A DNA stretch of 64,000 nucleotides. Origin: Trichoplax sp. H2 (taxonomy: Eukaryota). The DNA lies in NCBI GenBank assembly GCA_003344405.1, contig NOWV01000178.1, positions 62,001 to 126,000 of the forward strand. Reading direction: 5' to 3'. Below the pieces are notes generated by a model. It was not told where the DNA came from. It saw nothing but the letters and a program-made list of their open reading frames with translations, and ran no database searches. Below, piece after piece: positions 12,604-24,172 of the stretch; the stretch's first letter is position 1, and each line of letters opens with the position of its first letter. A program made the translations under genes and the position numbers.

Positions 12604-14655
12604 ATGCAAAAAATCACTAGTCATTTCGATGAAAGGTCATTACTGATTGATGAAAGCCAGTTTAGGTTACAGCTAGGGGTTAGGAAGAAATCTTTCTTTC
12701 GCGATCACAGAAAAGCAGCTTTAGTGATAGTTATTATATTGACTATCGGTGTTATTGCTGCAGCTCTTGTTCTTGGCCTTACTCTTGGTAACCATAGTGT
12801 CATTGCTGTTACACATGAATCAACAACCACTTCTCCAATAACATCCCATCCACCGGCTATAACGAATAGCTCGACGAGTGCTACTTCCATAAGCAAAATT
12901 CCAGCAACAACATCAGCTACGCAATCCAGTATAACGCCTAGCTCTACTATTGAAACAGTCAAGCCTACGAAAGAAAAGCCAACGCTATCCTTGACATCGG
13001 AAATACCTACAAAAATAACCAGTACAACTCATGAAATAGCGAGTAAAACTCATTCTAGTACCTATTCGACTACGATCCACGTTACTTTAGCAACAACAGC
13101 TCGTCCACCGACGACGAAAACAGAGCCAGCCACTTCTGTAGCGAGTACGAGTACTACGGCGAAATCGACAGTCTCCACTACAGTAAAAACGGAACCAACA
13201 ACCCATGCGGAAACTGCAACACCTGGTCATACAACTCAAGAAACAACGTGGATTACTACAGAGCCAATAACTCAAGTAGAAACGAAAGAACCTACAAGTA
13301 CATCTGAAAAGCCAACAGCAATAACTACTGTACAAACACAGCCAATAACTCATGTGGAAACGACAACATCCATTTCTACAACTGCAGCACCAACACAAGT
13401 ATCTACAGAACCGACGGTAGAAACTACGGCAAAAACAGAGCCAGCAACTACCACTAGTACAACTGAGAAGCCAACGCAAATAACTACAGAACTGACGGTA
13501 GAAACTACAGCCAAAACGGAGCCAACAACTCCAACCAAAGCAACTACCACTAACATAACTGAAAAGCCAACGCAAATAACTACAGAACCGACGGTGGTAA
13601 CTATGGCAAAAACGGAGCCAACAACTCTTATCGTAACCAAAGCAACTACTCCTAGTACAACTAAAAAGCCAACGCAAATAACTACAGAACCGACGGTAGA
13701 AACTATGGCAAAAACGGAGCCAACAACTCTTATCGTAACCAAAGCAACTACTCCTAGTACAACTGAAAAGCCAACACCAATGACGACGGCAAAAACAGAG
13801 CCAACAACGCATACAACAACTAAAGCAACTATTACTAGTTCCACTGAGAAACCAACACAAATAACGACAGTAAAGACAGAGCCAACAACTCATATAACAA
13901 CTAAAGCAACTACTATTAGTACCACTGAGAAACCAACGCAAATAACTACCGTAGTAACGGAGCCAACAATCACAGCAACTACTAGTTCCACTGAGAAACC
14001 AACACAAATAACGACAGTAAAGACAGAGCCAACAACTCGTATAACAACTAAAGCAACTACTATTAGTACCACTGAGAAACCAACGCAAATAACTACCGTA
14101 GTAACGGAGCCAACAATCACAGCAACTACTAGTAGCACAACTGAGAAACCAACGCAAATAATCACTGTACAAACGGAGCCAATAACCACAGCAACTACTA
14201 GTAGTACAACTGTAAAACCAACGCAAATAACCACCGTAAAAACAAGGCCAACCACTCATGTCGAAACGAAAGCAACTACACTTACTAGTACAACTCAACA
14301 ACCAACGCCGATAACTACAGTAAAAGCAGAGCTAACCACTCATGCAGAACCGAAAGCAACTACTAGCACAACTCGCGCTACAATCGAAATGGAATCCACT
14401 ACTCCTGTCAAAACTGAAGCAATAACTAGTACACAATCAATTAGCACCCATGCAATAACAACTATTCCATCAACGACAGTAAAGACAGAGCTAACGCATG
14501 CAGAAATTCAAACTTCAGCATCATCGTCTTCCGTTTCATCCAGTCTAAAAGCAACGGAATCAACCACCAAAAGCGAAATAAATCACACTAATACAGCTAA
14601 TCAAACTCCAACAAGCTTACAGGTAACAAAAACCACATCTGCAAAGCCTAGTTAA
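12604..14655 (+). CDS. Type II membrane mucin-like protein, 683 aa: short cytoplasmic tail, one transmembrane helix, long Thr/Ser/Pro-rich ectodomain, no globular domain
   Basis: Single 683-codon ORF; hydrophobic AALVIVIILTIGVIAAALVLGLTL after a basic stretch; repeats like EKPTQITTVKTEPTT. The ATG is 3 nt after an acceptor-like TTTTTATTCATTTAG (12600), implying an upstream non-coding exon. Confidence 0.88.
   Translation: MQKITSHFDERSLLIDESQFRLQLGVRKKSFFRDHRKAALVIVIILTIGVIAAALVLGLTLGNHSVIAVTHESTTTSPITSHPPAITNSSTSATSISKIPATTSATQSSITPSSTIETVKPTKEKPTLSLTSEIPTKITSTTHEIASKTHSSTYSTTIHVTLATTARPPTTKTEPATSVASTSTTAKSTVSTTVKTEPTTHAETATPGHTTQETTWITTEPITQVETKEPTSTSEKPTAITTVQTQPITHVETTTSISTTAAPTQVSTEPTVETTAKTEPATTTSTTEKPTQITTELTVETTAKTEPTTPTKATTTNITEKPTQITTEPTVVTMAKTEPTTLIVTKATTPSTTKKPTQITTEPTVETMAKTEPTTLIVTKATTPSTTEKPTPMTTAKTEPTTHTTTKATITSSTEKPTQITTVKTEPTTHITTKATTISTTEKPTQITTVVTEPTITATTSSTEKPTQITTVKTEPTTRITTKATTISTTEKPTQITTVVTEPTITATTSSTTEKPTQIITVQTEPITTATTSSTTVKPTQITTVKTRPTTHVETKATTLTSTTQQPTPITTVKAELTTHAEPKATTSTTRATIEMESTTPVKTEAITSTQSISTHAITTIPSTTVKTELTHAEIQTSASSSSVSSSLKATESTTKSEINHTNTANQTPTSLQVTKTTSAKPS
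13180..14370 (+). repeat. Coding tandem repeats of the mucin (imperfect ~25-35 aa units, EKPTQITT/KTEPTT)
   Basis: Recurrent ACTGA(G/A)AA(A/G)CCAAC(G/A)CAAATAAC and AC(A/G)GAGCCAACAAC words, including near-exact ~120-bp duplications (13560-13770, 13830-14160). Confidence 0.9.
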
Positions 14656-15792
14656 GCATCAACAACCGCTACATCCTCAGAGCCAAAAGCTATCATTGTA
14701 GATTAAGAATCGACTACTCCTCTGAGTAATGAAACATTTTATCCCATCTCAACGCTGTCTGTCATTGAAAACTATCATTGCGATTGCTAAATAAATCGAC
14801 TGATTTTCTTCTAAGCGCGATAACGACGTACAGAACGCCAGCGATGTTAGAGATAGAGCAACATCTCATATCAAGTCGTAACCTTTTCCGATTCTATTAA
14901 TTAATTAAAGGTGTTTTCTATGTACTGCTTTAGTAGTATGCATAATGATAAATAATAGCTTGCAAATACATAAAAAATTAGGGGCAATATCTTGAATGTA
15001 AACCATCTAACTGACACTTATTGACCACGTTGGATTACTAGCTATATACCATCACTAACTGTGATCATGAATATAATCACACAGTCTAAAAATGAGTATG
15101 TATAATATAGATGCTATCCATTTAAACTGTATCAATTAAATTAAGACATAATGTCATACCTATATCTGAGAAATGAAAATTCCTTTTACCATCGTAACAT
15201 ACGATCACATTGGGTGTTGTATTTACGAAAAGTGAACTCTTATCCAATATACGAGTACAAATTTATCAAAGTAAATCTTTTAGGCAAACACTACATCATG
15301 TAGGTTGTTTTAATGTGATCATTATCAGCTAATAATAATTATTACAATTAGCATATATTACAAGTAGCAACGCTTACTTCTCAGTAATTTACTAACAGCG
15401 AGAACAGATAACTTCATAAAACAATTATATAATATAACAAGAAGGATCTCTTGGCGACAAATAGTAATGCTAATTACTACTCGTATGATTAAATCATCGT
15501 ACACTAGTTTAAAATGAACTTAGATACAAAAAAATATTTTACGAACAGAGAAATTCTTCGCTTGAAACCTTTCAACAACTACAAATAAAGGATATTCTAA
15601 ATACTTTCCTTTAGTTTATAGTAGGAATATTATAATAAAGTAAATTATAAATAAGATAAGTGATAAATTGGTGCTAATACCCACTATTAATAACCCTTTA
15701 GAAAATGATCTAACAGATCCAATGAATAAATGCATAATTGTTAGTAATATTTCTGGTTATTATTCGTTCACCAACTGCAATCCTTGTAGTAA

Positions 15793-18700
15793 TCATGGGT
15801 TGGCGGCGAAAAAATTTTTTACGGTCTCTCGATATAAGGATACCCAGTTTATTCTACTTGAAATGGTAGCAATAATATCATCCTTAACACTGGGAGGGAT
15901 AATTTTTGCCACATCTCTATGAAAGAAATTCTGTACCTTTAAAAAGAAGAGCGGCAACACGTCAAATTTTAATTTGATTCAGTCTAAAGAAAACCGATGG
16001 TAGTATAGCTACTATAAATGTACGCGTAAGCTACTGAGAATATACGCAATTTCTTGAAATTGTAATGATTGCCTACTCTTTGCAGGTTATCTTTATCTAC
16101 ATATCTGGCAGCTGTCACGTTAAGTAGTTGCTCCATAAATGTTACTTTGAAGTTAAATCTGATAAAGAGTGAATAAAAATGGTAATAACAGTATGAAATT
16201 AGAGTGATTAAATCGAAAATCGATCGCTAAAGAAACTATAAGCATTTATTGAAAAATACCTTTGGTATAGGGCCTCTAAATTATTAGTTACAAAAGGCCA
16301 AGCCAACTGGAGATTTAACAAGCCACGACTAGCCATAAAGTCAAATGCTTTAAGGGCTTCGAGCGAGCTCATTAACGTTCTATTAAGAGTCATGTCTAGA
16401 TACCTAATCATGAGTATGATGAATGGAGAATATTAATATCAGATATGTCAACAACCTTGGAGTGGTTGAGTCATTGGAAAGTCCTGATAGGACAGCATCA
16501 GTAAAATGATGGTATAACAGATTATTCATAAATCTATTAATACCTTCTCCAAAGTGTAACGTTTTTGCTATAGGTCAGAGCTTCAAGATAAAGTAATCGA
16601 TCAGATGGAACTGTACTAGATTTAAACATATCGAGGACCTTTTCCCATGCAGCTTCATCAGTATCAGCAATTCCATACTTGAAAATGATTGATTTTAAAT
16701 TAGCAGGTATTCTATAATGAAAAAAGGCGACATTGGCAAGTTAATAAAGTACACCAATAAAGTAAAGGTAGAAAACTACAGTAAATTACATGGGCTGTAC
16801 AAGAGTACGCTCACTAAATCATTATGATGAAGCTATATAATATAAAGACATTCATTATACTAACGTTGTATTGCTATCAGAATATAAACTGGATAGGAAT
16901 TGCTCTTTAGTATAATTTCGGCACTGCTTATCCTCAAGGCAATAGTAATCCATGGCAACAACTCGTGTTAATCTAATAAGAAATTAGTAATAATTACAAT
17001 TACAATATGATAATAGGGTGCCGTACCTTGTAAGGTCATATAAAGAATATGAAAAATAGAAAAAACTTGCAACAATCTTAGATCTACACAGTTACCTTTT
17101 ATTATAGTCTCCAACATTCTTAAAAGTTAGCTCATTCATGATATTTTTTACTAATCTCGAGTGGTAATCCTGAAACATTATAACGGAGTAGATAAAATAT
17201 GCGTACGTCAATTGTAACTATAAATTATTTCGTGTAAATTGATGAATAAACGAATCTTTGAGCAACAAAGGTAGTTTACCTGATACAATGCTTGATCAAT
17301 AATGAAATATTTCACTATGTTAGCAATGAAGTTCATGTTTTGTTTATAGGTAGCCCACGGCAAAAATAAAGCGTGTTGTTGTGTTATAGATTTCGACATA
17401 GTTAATGTTTGTACATAAGATAAACGACCAAGCCTACAATTTCAGTCGAAGCGCAAAAGAATCGGTTAAGTATTTCCACTTAAAAGTAAAGAAATTTTAT
17501 ATAATCATTATTACGCTGTCATCAAGTAATATACTGCTAAGCGATAATCGTTCGTGTCTAAAAGTAGGCATTTAAGTGCGCCTTACTTAGCAAAAGCGAA
17601 GGCATCATCCATCAACTTTGATAATCCAGTAGATAACATGGCCTAAGATACCGCATATATTTACGACATTTTAATGCTGGTAATACGTTAATAAAATTAT
17701 TTTATGGTAAATTTACTAACAATAGTATTGGATGGCAATTTAGGGATCAATGCTGTATAGTTATTCCACGTTGCAGCCGGATACAGAACCCGATAAAATC
17801 CAAATAATTTCACGTTGGCGTTTAACAGGATTGAATTCCCAATATCAATTGGTGTTGAATCTAACCCAATAATGTAATTAGAAGATGGTTTGCTCGTCAT
17901 TATTATTCGTTCATGATTCTTCATGATTCATTGTAGAATTTGAGAAGACATTGACAATATTATATTTTACTTCTATACGATTACACAGTATACATTCTAG
18001 GTTAAGATATCTTACGTACTCATATTGCCTAAATCTGGATTAAGGACGATCAAATTATTTTTAGAAGAAAAATTCATTGCAAGAAAGCTATTCCATGTAA
18101 AAGGTACGTACCATGAATATCTAGATAGATAACAATTATTTAGAAATGTAAATTATTTACCAGTCATTAGTTGAAAATAAAGTACTAATGTAGCATAAAT
18201 TTTTTAAACTGTTAACACTAGAAGTTAATGACGATCAGGTACAATATGCATTATAAATACTCCTATCTTGAGTATATAATTATAGAATAAAAATATTCAC
18301 CCGGACATTGGCACGCTGTCGCCAATAATATTTGATCGATAAATATCAATATACTGCGACTGACTTAGCAAAAGTTCACTTTGATTACTTTGAGTCGAAG
18401 ATACGTTAACATATGGGTACCCAGGCTGAGTGAGCCACGGTTGTATCAGCTGATTAAAATCAAATTTGGTGGTGACCTACAACAACAAAGTATGTGAAAT
18501 TTAACTTAGGCGTTGCGTCTATAATAGCTAAGTTGTATGTCACTGGTTGTAAATATAATTGATATACGAAGTACAACGATTTTTATATCAATGTACCATT
18601 TCTGAATAAAACTTCAAAATATATAATCTATGAGATGATAACAAACTAGACTAGGAGTTTAGAAGAAATATTGTACCTCTGGTGGTAGTAACTTCCAAAA

Positions 18701-21700
18701 TTCAGATACAGAGGTTACAAGATTTCTTGAATTTTTTGCAAATTTCTGCGGGAAGAAAATTAAGACAAGGTTTAAATTGGGGTTATTATTGGATGCTAAT
18801 GAATAGGTACACTCGAGATAAACTACTGCATTAGCGTGATTTATTACATATAATTTGGTTACTCCTACTCAAACGTATCCGTGCCAGATATACACGTATA
18901 CTGTAATACTGGAAATTGCCATGATCTCAAAAGAACAACCTGAATCAATTCATCAATATTGATGGAATTATCGTAGGCTTGCAAGGTTCTAAGTAAAGCA
19001 TATCCCTATGGCAATGTAAAGATAAAATTATGTCCAGTATCCCTAAAAATTACTTTTAATGAAAACATATCAAATGATTTACATTCATTAATTTCATCAA
19101 GCTTAAAATAATTATAGTTCACCTTTTCCCTGATGAGGTAGAAATTGTTAGCTGACCAGCTATCAGCAGTAGTGTCTTGTCCTTGAAGGGGTGCGGTGTA
19201 CGCAGAACTATCCATTGCTAAGGCCGATTGCATTTCTAAGATTTTTAAATCATCAATCTAGATTGATAGAAAAAATTACGCTTACATGGTCGCTTATTAT
19301 TTTTTGAATTCGTAACATATGGATCAACTATCGTTCATAAATTAATTTGTAAGAAATTCATTATAAAGTTCTTTTAAATAATGTTATATATTGCAGCAAT
19401 GATATCAGTAAAATTAGTTAAACTTACCAAATCGTTAATGCCCATCGCAGGTTGCCAACCTGACGTAAGTCCGTAATATCTTGCATGCGACTTCATCGCT
19501 TCTTGTAACCAATACTGATCCCACCAGGCCATAGAAAATGAACCTCCAAGCCACTAAATAATATTTTAATAGAACGATAAAATTAATTGCTAGCTACGTA
19601 GATAACAAGGTAACTTCCTATTTTACCACCTATTTCAATTAATTAATTTAAGATTGATTACTATCAATTATACTGTATTTAAACAATTTTATTTGCAGTA
19701 AGCTTGTAAAGTGATTCGTCTAGTTTTGGCAACTTGAAAGTTAATCTAAAATCAATTTAGTTGTACTTTCTATTGTGGTATATACGTATATTTTTTGTAC
19801 TGTATTCATACGGAACATAATAAGGCTTACTTGGTAAGATATACCACTCCCTAAAAGCATGCGTTTCCAAGCTAGCTCAGCATCTGGCGTCGATAAAGGA
19901 TCATACAGCAAAGCATCAGCTTTGTAAAATAAGATATTAGTATGAGCTTGAAGATGCCTATAAAAGTTCGGAATAGCGACCATGTCTAAATGGCGATTTA
20001 GTAAATAAATAAAATTTAAAGTTAGTAAACATTTTAATTCATTCTGAACGTTGATATCGTTGATACATTATTGATTTTTGGTATCAAGTTATCAAGTCAT
20101 GAATCGATATCCTATTCTATCGATCCTAATATTAATTCAATGCAAACAGTAGATCCAATCATCAATGCATCTAAGGTCATTCTAATCAAATGCAATCGGG
20201 TTTAAATCAGATGTACGCAGCCTAAAGACTTTGCACTAGAGGGAGTACTTAATATGATTTGTACGCGATTGTATATCAAATTGTTTTTAAGTTATTCTGC
20301 CAGAGACTTCTCTTATTCTATCAAGAAGTCTATGATTATGCTGAGGTAATTTACATATTACAGTTAAAGTACTCGAAAATCTAATTAAAAATAGAACTAA
20401 ATTAGTTCTTAAAATTATGTGTTGATAAGTTAAATTACGCAATCCTTGCGTCTAGTAGTTAGGAATAAGGTGAGTTTTATACAACGCCGCACAACCTACC
20501 CAGGGTCATAAATGGATAGTCTAACTTGAAATATTCCTGTTGATATAATGAAGCCATAAGTGCGGCAGTATCCAATGTTGATTTGCCATCCATAGATTGA
20601 TCAGGTGGAGTCCAGAGTCTAATCTGATTAGCATAATATTATTTGCGTTATTACTTTCACGTTTATCAAATCAACCATCAATATAAATTGAAGGATTTAA
20701 AGTTTCGACGTTAGGATAAAGAGCGCTGCAAGTCTAATACTGGCAATATTAAAACTGTAGAACGAAATGGACTGAAAAATATTACTACTTAGACTAAGAT
20801 GAATGCACTATTTTATTCGAAATCATAAGAATAATAACATACTTTGAAAATTTATCGATACATGCTTTTTCAATTTTTATTACTATACCTTGCAGTGCAC
20901 AAGATTCTATTCAATTGTAGTACATCGTTAAAATTGACAAGTGATCGCAGTACTTACATATATATTTGACATGTTGGTTTGTACCGGAACTAGTGTAGGT
21001 TCGAAATCCAAGACAGCAATAGCAAGATTGTGTGGACTGATAAGAGTGCTCTCTACATTATTTCATGATATTAAAAATGCCAAGAGAAAAAAACGAAAAT
21101 TCTATTAGTGTCTACAAATCTGTTGAGTTCTAGGATCAACGTTATCATACAATCTTAAACTTGTTACCATTAAATCGATCTTGAACCAGGCCATCTTTCA
21201 ATACCTTGCTATCGAATAAACGGCCATTAAATAAGGTAGCAGAAGTTGTTGTTGCATTTCGAAACATAGTTAACTGAAATTTAGCCAAAAATGAAGGCTC
21301 ATCAAAACAGGGAAAGATTAGCCGTGCGTTGTTTGGGTAGGAATTGGATAGGAAAATTTTTCTTAAATTTGATGATGGGCTGTTACTAAAATGTGATTAT
21401 ACAAAGAGGTCATAAAAAAGAAGACATCTTGAGATTAGAATTGTATAACAAAGTAACTCCTGATTAGATAAAATTCGATTCTTCTATACAAAACAACTTT
21501 TATTTGCATAGTTAATTAATCTATCGCAAGGTGATATAAATGCAGTACTAATGAAGTATTGATTACAACTCTTGTGTTCAATTGTTATACTCGTAGAAGT
21601 CAAGTACAGTATCTTGGTGATATTCATACCGTCGTAATTGAATTCGATTAAAGTAGTGATTAGAACTACTAGAAGTATTCAAGTATAAGCTAAAAATAGT

Positions 21701-23348
21701 ATCTCGACAATATTCATACCGTAGTCATGAAGTCTATAACTTTGAAGTAGTGACTAGAACAAGTGTTGAAGTGGAAGCTAAGAACAGTATCTCGATGAAA
21801 TTCATGCCGTAGTCATGAAGTCTACAATATTGATATAGGGGCTTGATTAAATTACAAGCGTTGAGTGGAAGCTAAGGACAATATCCCCATGATATTCGTA
21901 CCGTAGTCATAAAGTCTATAATACTGATGTAGTGACTAAAGAACTACAAGTATATCAGCGTCAGCTAAGGACAGTATCTCGATGATATTTATACCGTAGC
22001 CATGAAGTCTATTGAAAAAGTCTGTCTAGAAAAGTTTAAATGGAAGCTAACTACAATATCTCGATAATCACCTTTCCTGGTCACTGGAGAAATAAGATTG
22101 AGTATAAATGCCTTGCGGTGCATTCTGAATCGACGAAGCGAAATTATAGAAAAGAAAATATTTGCCAATAGCTTGCATCCGTTGCAATTTGATATAATAA
22201 TAATCGTTAGCAGCATAATATCCAACTTTCTCAATGACAGGGACCGGCCCTGAATGATAATGGCCAATTTTGGGAGTGTCCGTTATCGTGATATTCTTGG
22301 CGTGGACGATAATAATATCAGTGGGTTGTGTAATCATAACAGTAATTTGAACTTCACCCACAATTAAATTGCGTTCTGGATGTAATTGTAGCATCAGTTT
22401 ATAATTTTCTGGTTTAATAGACGTCCGTAGACGAGAACTTGCTAATTCAGGAAAAGGTATAGAAATCGGTGTGGAGGATGGCGTTGACGTGTTCGCCGCT
22501 GGACTGGATGGCGTGCTTGGTTTAGCCGTTGGCAATTTTGTTGCTGGGGTTGTCGCTTGGGTCTTTGGTGTTGTAGCTTGGGTCATTGGTGTTGTAGCTT
22601 GGGTCTTTGGTGTTGTAGCTTGGGTCATTGGTGTTGTAGCTTGGGTCATTGGTGTTGTAGCTTTGGTCATTGGTGTTGTAGCTTGGGTCTTTGGTGTTGT
22701 AGCTTGGGTCATTGGTGTTGTTGCTTGGGTCTTTGGTGTTGTAGCTTGGGTCTTTGGTGTTGTTGCTTGGGTCATTGGTGTCGTTGCTTGGGTCTTTGGT
22801 GTCGTTGCTTGGGTCTTTGGTGTTGTTGCTTGGGTCTTTGGTGTTGTCGCTTGCGCTGTTGGCAATTGGACTGATGGCGTTGCTGTTTTTGTAGGCGTGC
22901 TTGCGGTGGTAGGAGGCAATCTTGTCGATGTTGTTACTCTACTACTAGTAGGCAATTTTGCAGAAGTCGGTGTACTACCAGTCGCTGAAGTAGGTTTAGT
23001 CGCCGTGGTTACATGGGCCGATGATGATGCTGTCGTCTGATTTGGACTACTTGTCGCCTTGGATGTTGCATGTGTAGCAAGAGACATGGTTGTACCTTGC
23101 TGAGTGCTATTGGCTAAACTTGGCGTGGTGGGACGAGTTGGTAATGTTGTTGAATTGGAATGAGACATATTTTGTAGTGCTCGAGGTATAAAAACACCCA
23201 TTAATATGCCACCAATACCAAGAATAACAATCGCCACAAGGGCAATAAGTAAACCTTTCGTATGCTTCTTATACCATGGTTTATTGCGATTGATATTAAA
23301 GATAATATCACTTTCATCAATCAGAAAGGATTTTTCAGCGCTAAACAT
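15793..23348 (-). CDS. M1 (aminopeptidase N-like) fold type II membrane protein with mucin stalk, ~1195 aa, 20 exons, predicted catalytically inactive
   Basis: Exons 5'->3': 23348-22072, 21361-21168, 21052-20958, 20623-20500, 19985-19831, 19553-19428, 19257-19123, 19005-18940, 18745-18677, 18476-18301, 18120-18020, 17860-17721, 17642-17587, 17433-17280, 17169-17096, 16972-16865, 16711-16544, 16403-16260, 16158-16077, 15936-15793. Total 3588 nt, all GT-AG, no internal stop. M1 hallmarks: RLRTSIKPENYKL, ARLIFPCFDEP, WWDQYWLQE, WLTQPGYPYV, GFYRVLY, LMDDAFAFA, ERAP1-C-like C-terminal helices. Confidence 0.92.
21590..22071. repeat. ~90-bp degenerate tandem repeat (5-6 copies) in intron 1 of the M1-like gene
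   Basis: ACAGTATCTCGATGATATTCATACCGTAGTCATGAAGTCTA-like unit at ~21607, 21697, 21785, 21877 and 21971, with a partial copy at ~22053 abutting the splice donor. Confidence 0.85.
22548..22853 (-). repeat. 21-bp coding minisatellite encoding (TQATTP[K/M])n mucin stalk, ~14 copies
   Basis: + strand GCTTGGGTC(T/A)TTGGTGTTGTA repeats; translation TPKTQATTPKTQATTPMTQAT... Confidence 0.95.
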
Positions 23349-24152
23349 GTTGATTTTCTGCCTTCAAAACTTCTTTCAAGGTGGCTAATAGAGCTCAGTA
23401 TTGCAGAAATAGCTGTATGGAACTATTCTAAATTGATTGGACTAGGAATTGAGATGAAAAATGGATTCAATGGAGGATTATTGCCATTTACGAACGACTT
23501 GATTTAATTTCTAAACTAACTTGAAGGAGAAACACCGCCCAGACAAGTGTTCTGACGGCAAAGAGCATGCAAGAGTAGGACAATTCAATCAAGTTGCTGC
23601 TATTGCGCACGCGTATCAGACTACGTCATTTTACTTCTCCAATCCGGAACAGATTATTCGACACTCGACGGTCAACATCAGCGGCGATGACCGCAGGTGA
23701 CTGACATCCGTTAGCACTCCATGAGTCACGTGAGCGGATCTATGTGAGTTAACATAGGTTATTACCACTGCTCCATCAGCTGTCTTCGATTGGCTCTTCA
23801 GGTGTAGAGACTCATAGCTCATACTACGAACAATATTCAACATACTATGAGCTAGATAGTATATTGTGCTAACAGAACATAACGTAATATGATAAATAAA
23901 ATTAATTAATTAATTAAATTCATTTACGTACATATAGAATATAATGTCATATATAATAAATTAATTTGATTTGATTAATTCATTTATTCATGAATAATAC
24001 GGAGCAGTGTACGAATATATTAAATTAAATTAAGCCCAATTTCGCAGACTGTTCCGTATTATTACGCAAAATCATATTGAATAATGAATGGTATGAGCTG
24101 TGAGCTATGGACTACTAGGAGAAGCCCTTCGGTTTTCTTCTGGGGGGGGGGG

Positions 24153-24172
24153 NNNNNNNNNNNNNNNNNNNN
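24153..24172. other. Assembly gap flanked by poly-G runs
   Basis: 20 N with G homopolymers on both sides. Confidence 0.95.

Noticed and set aside
12705-14301. Long minus-strand ORFs (404-aa Cys/Trp-rich; Val-rich 85-164 aa)
   Set aside because: Antisense shadows of the Thr-rich mucin repeats, which lack stop codons on the reverse strand.
22471-23040. Plus-strand ORFs (VVAWVFG)n and (WCCSLG)n
   Set aside because: Antisense translations of the 21-bp TQATTP minisatellite in the M1-like exon 1.
15793-23348. Calling the M1-like gene a pseudogene
   Set aside because: All 20 exons join in phase with GT-AG ends and no stop or frameshift; it is the catalytic residues that are lost, not the reading frame.
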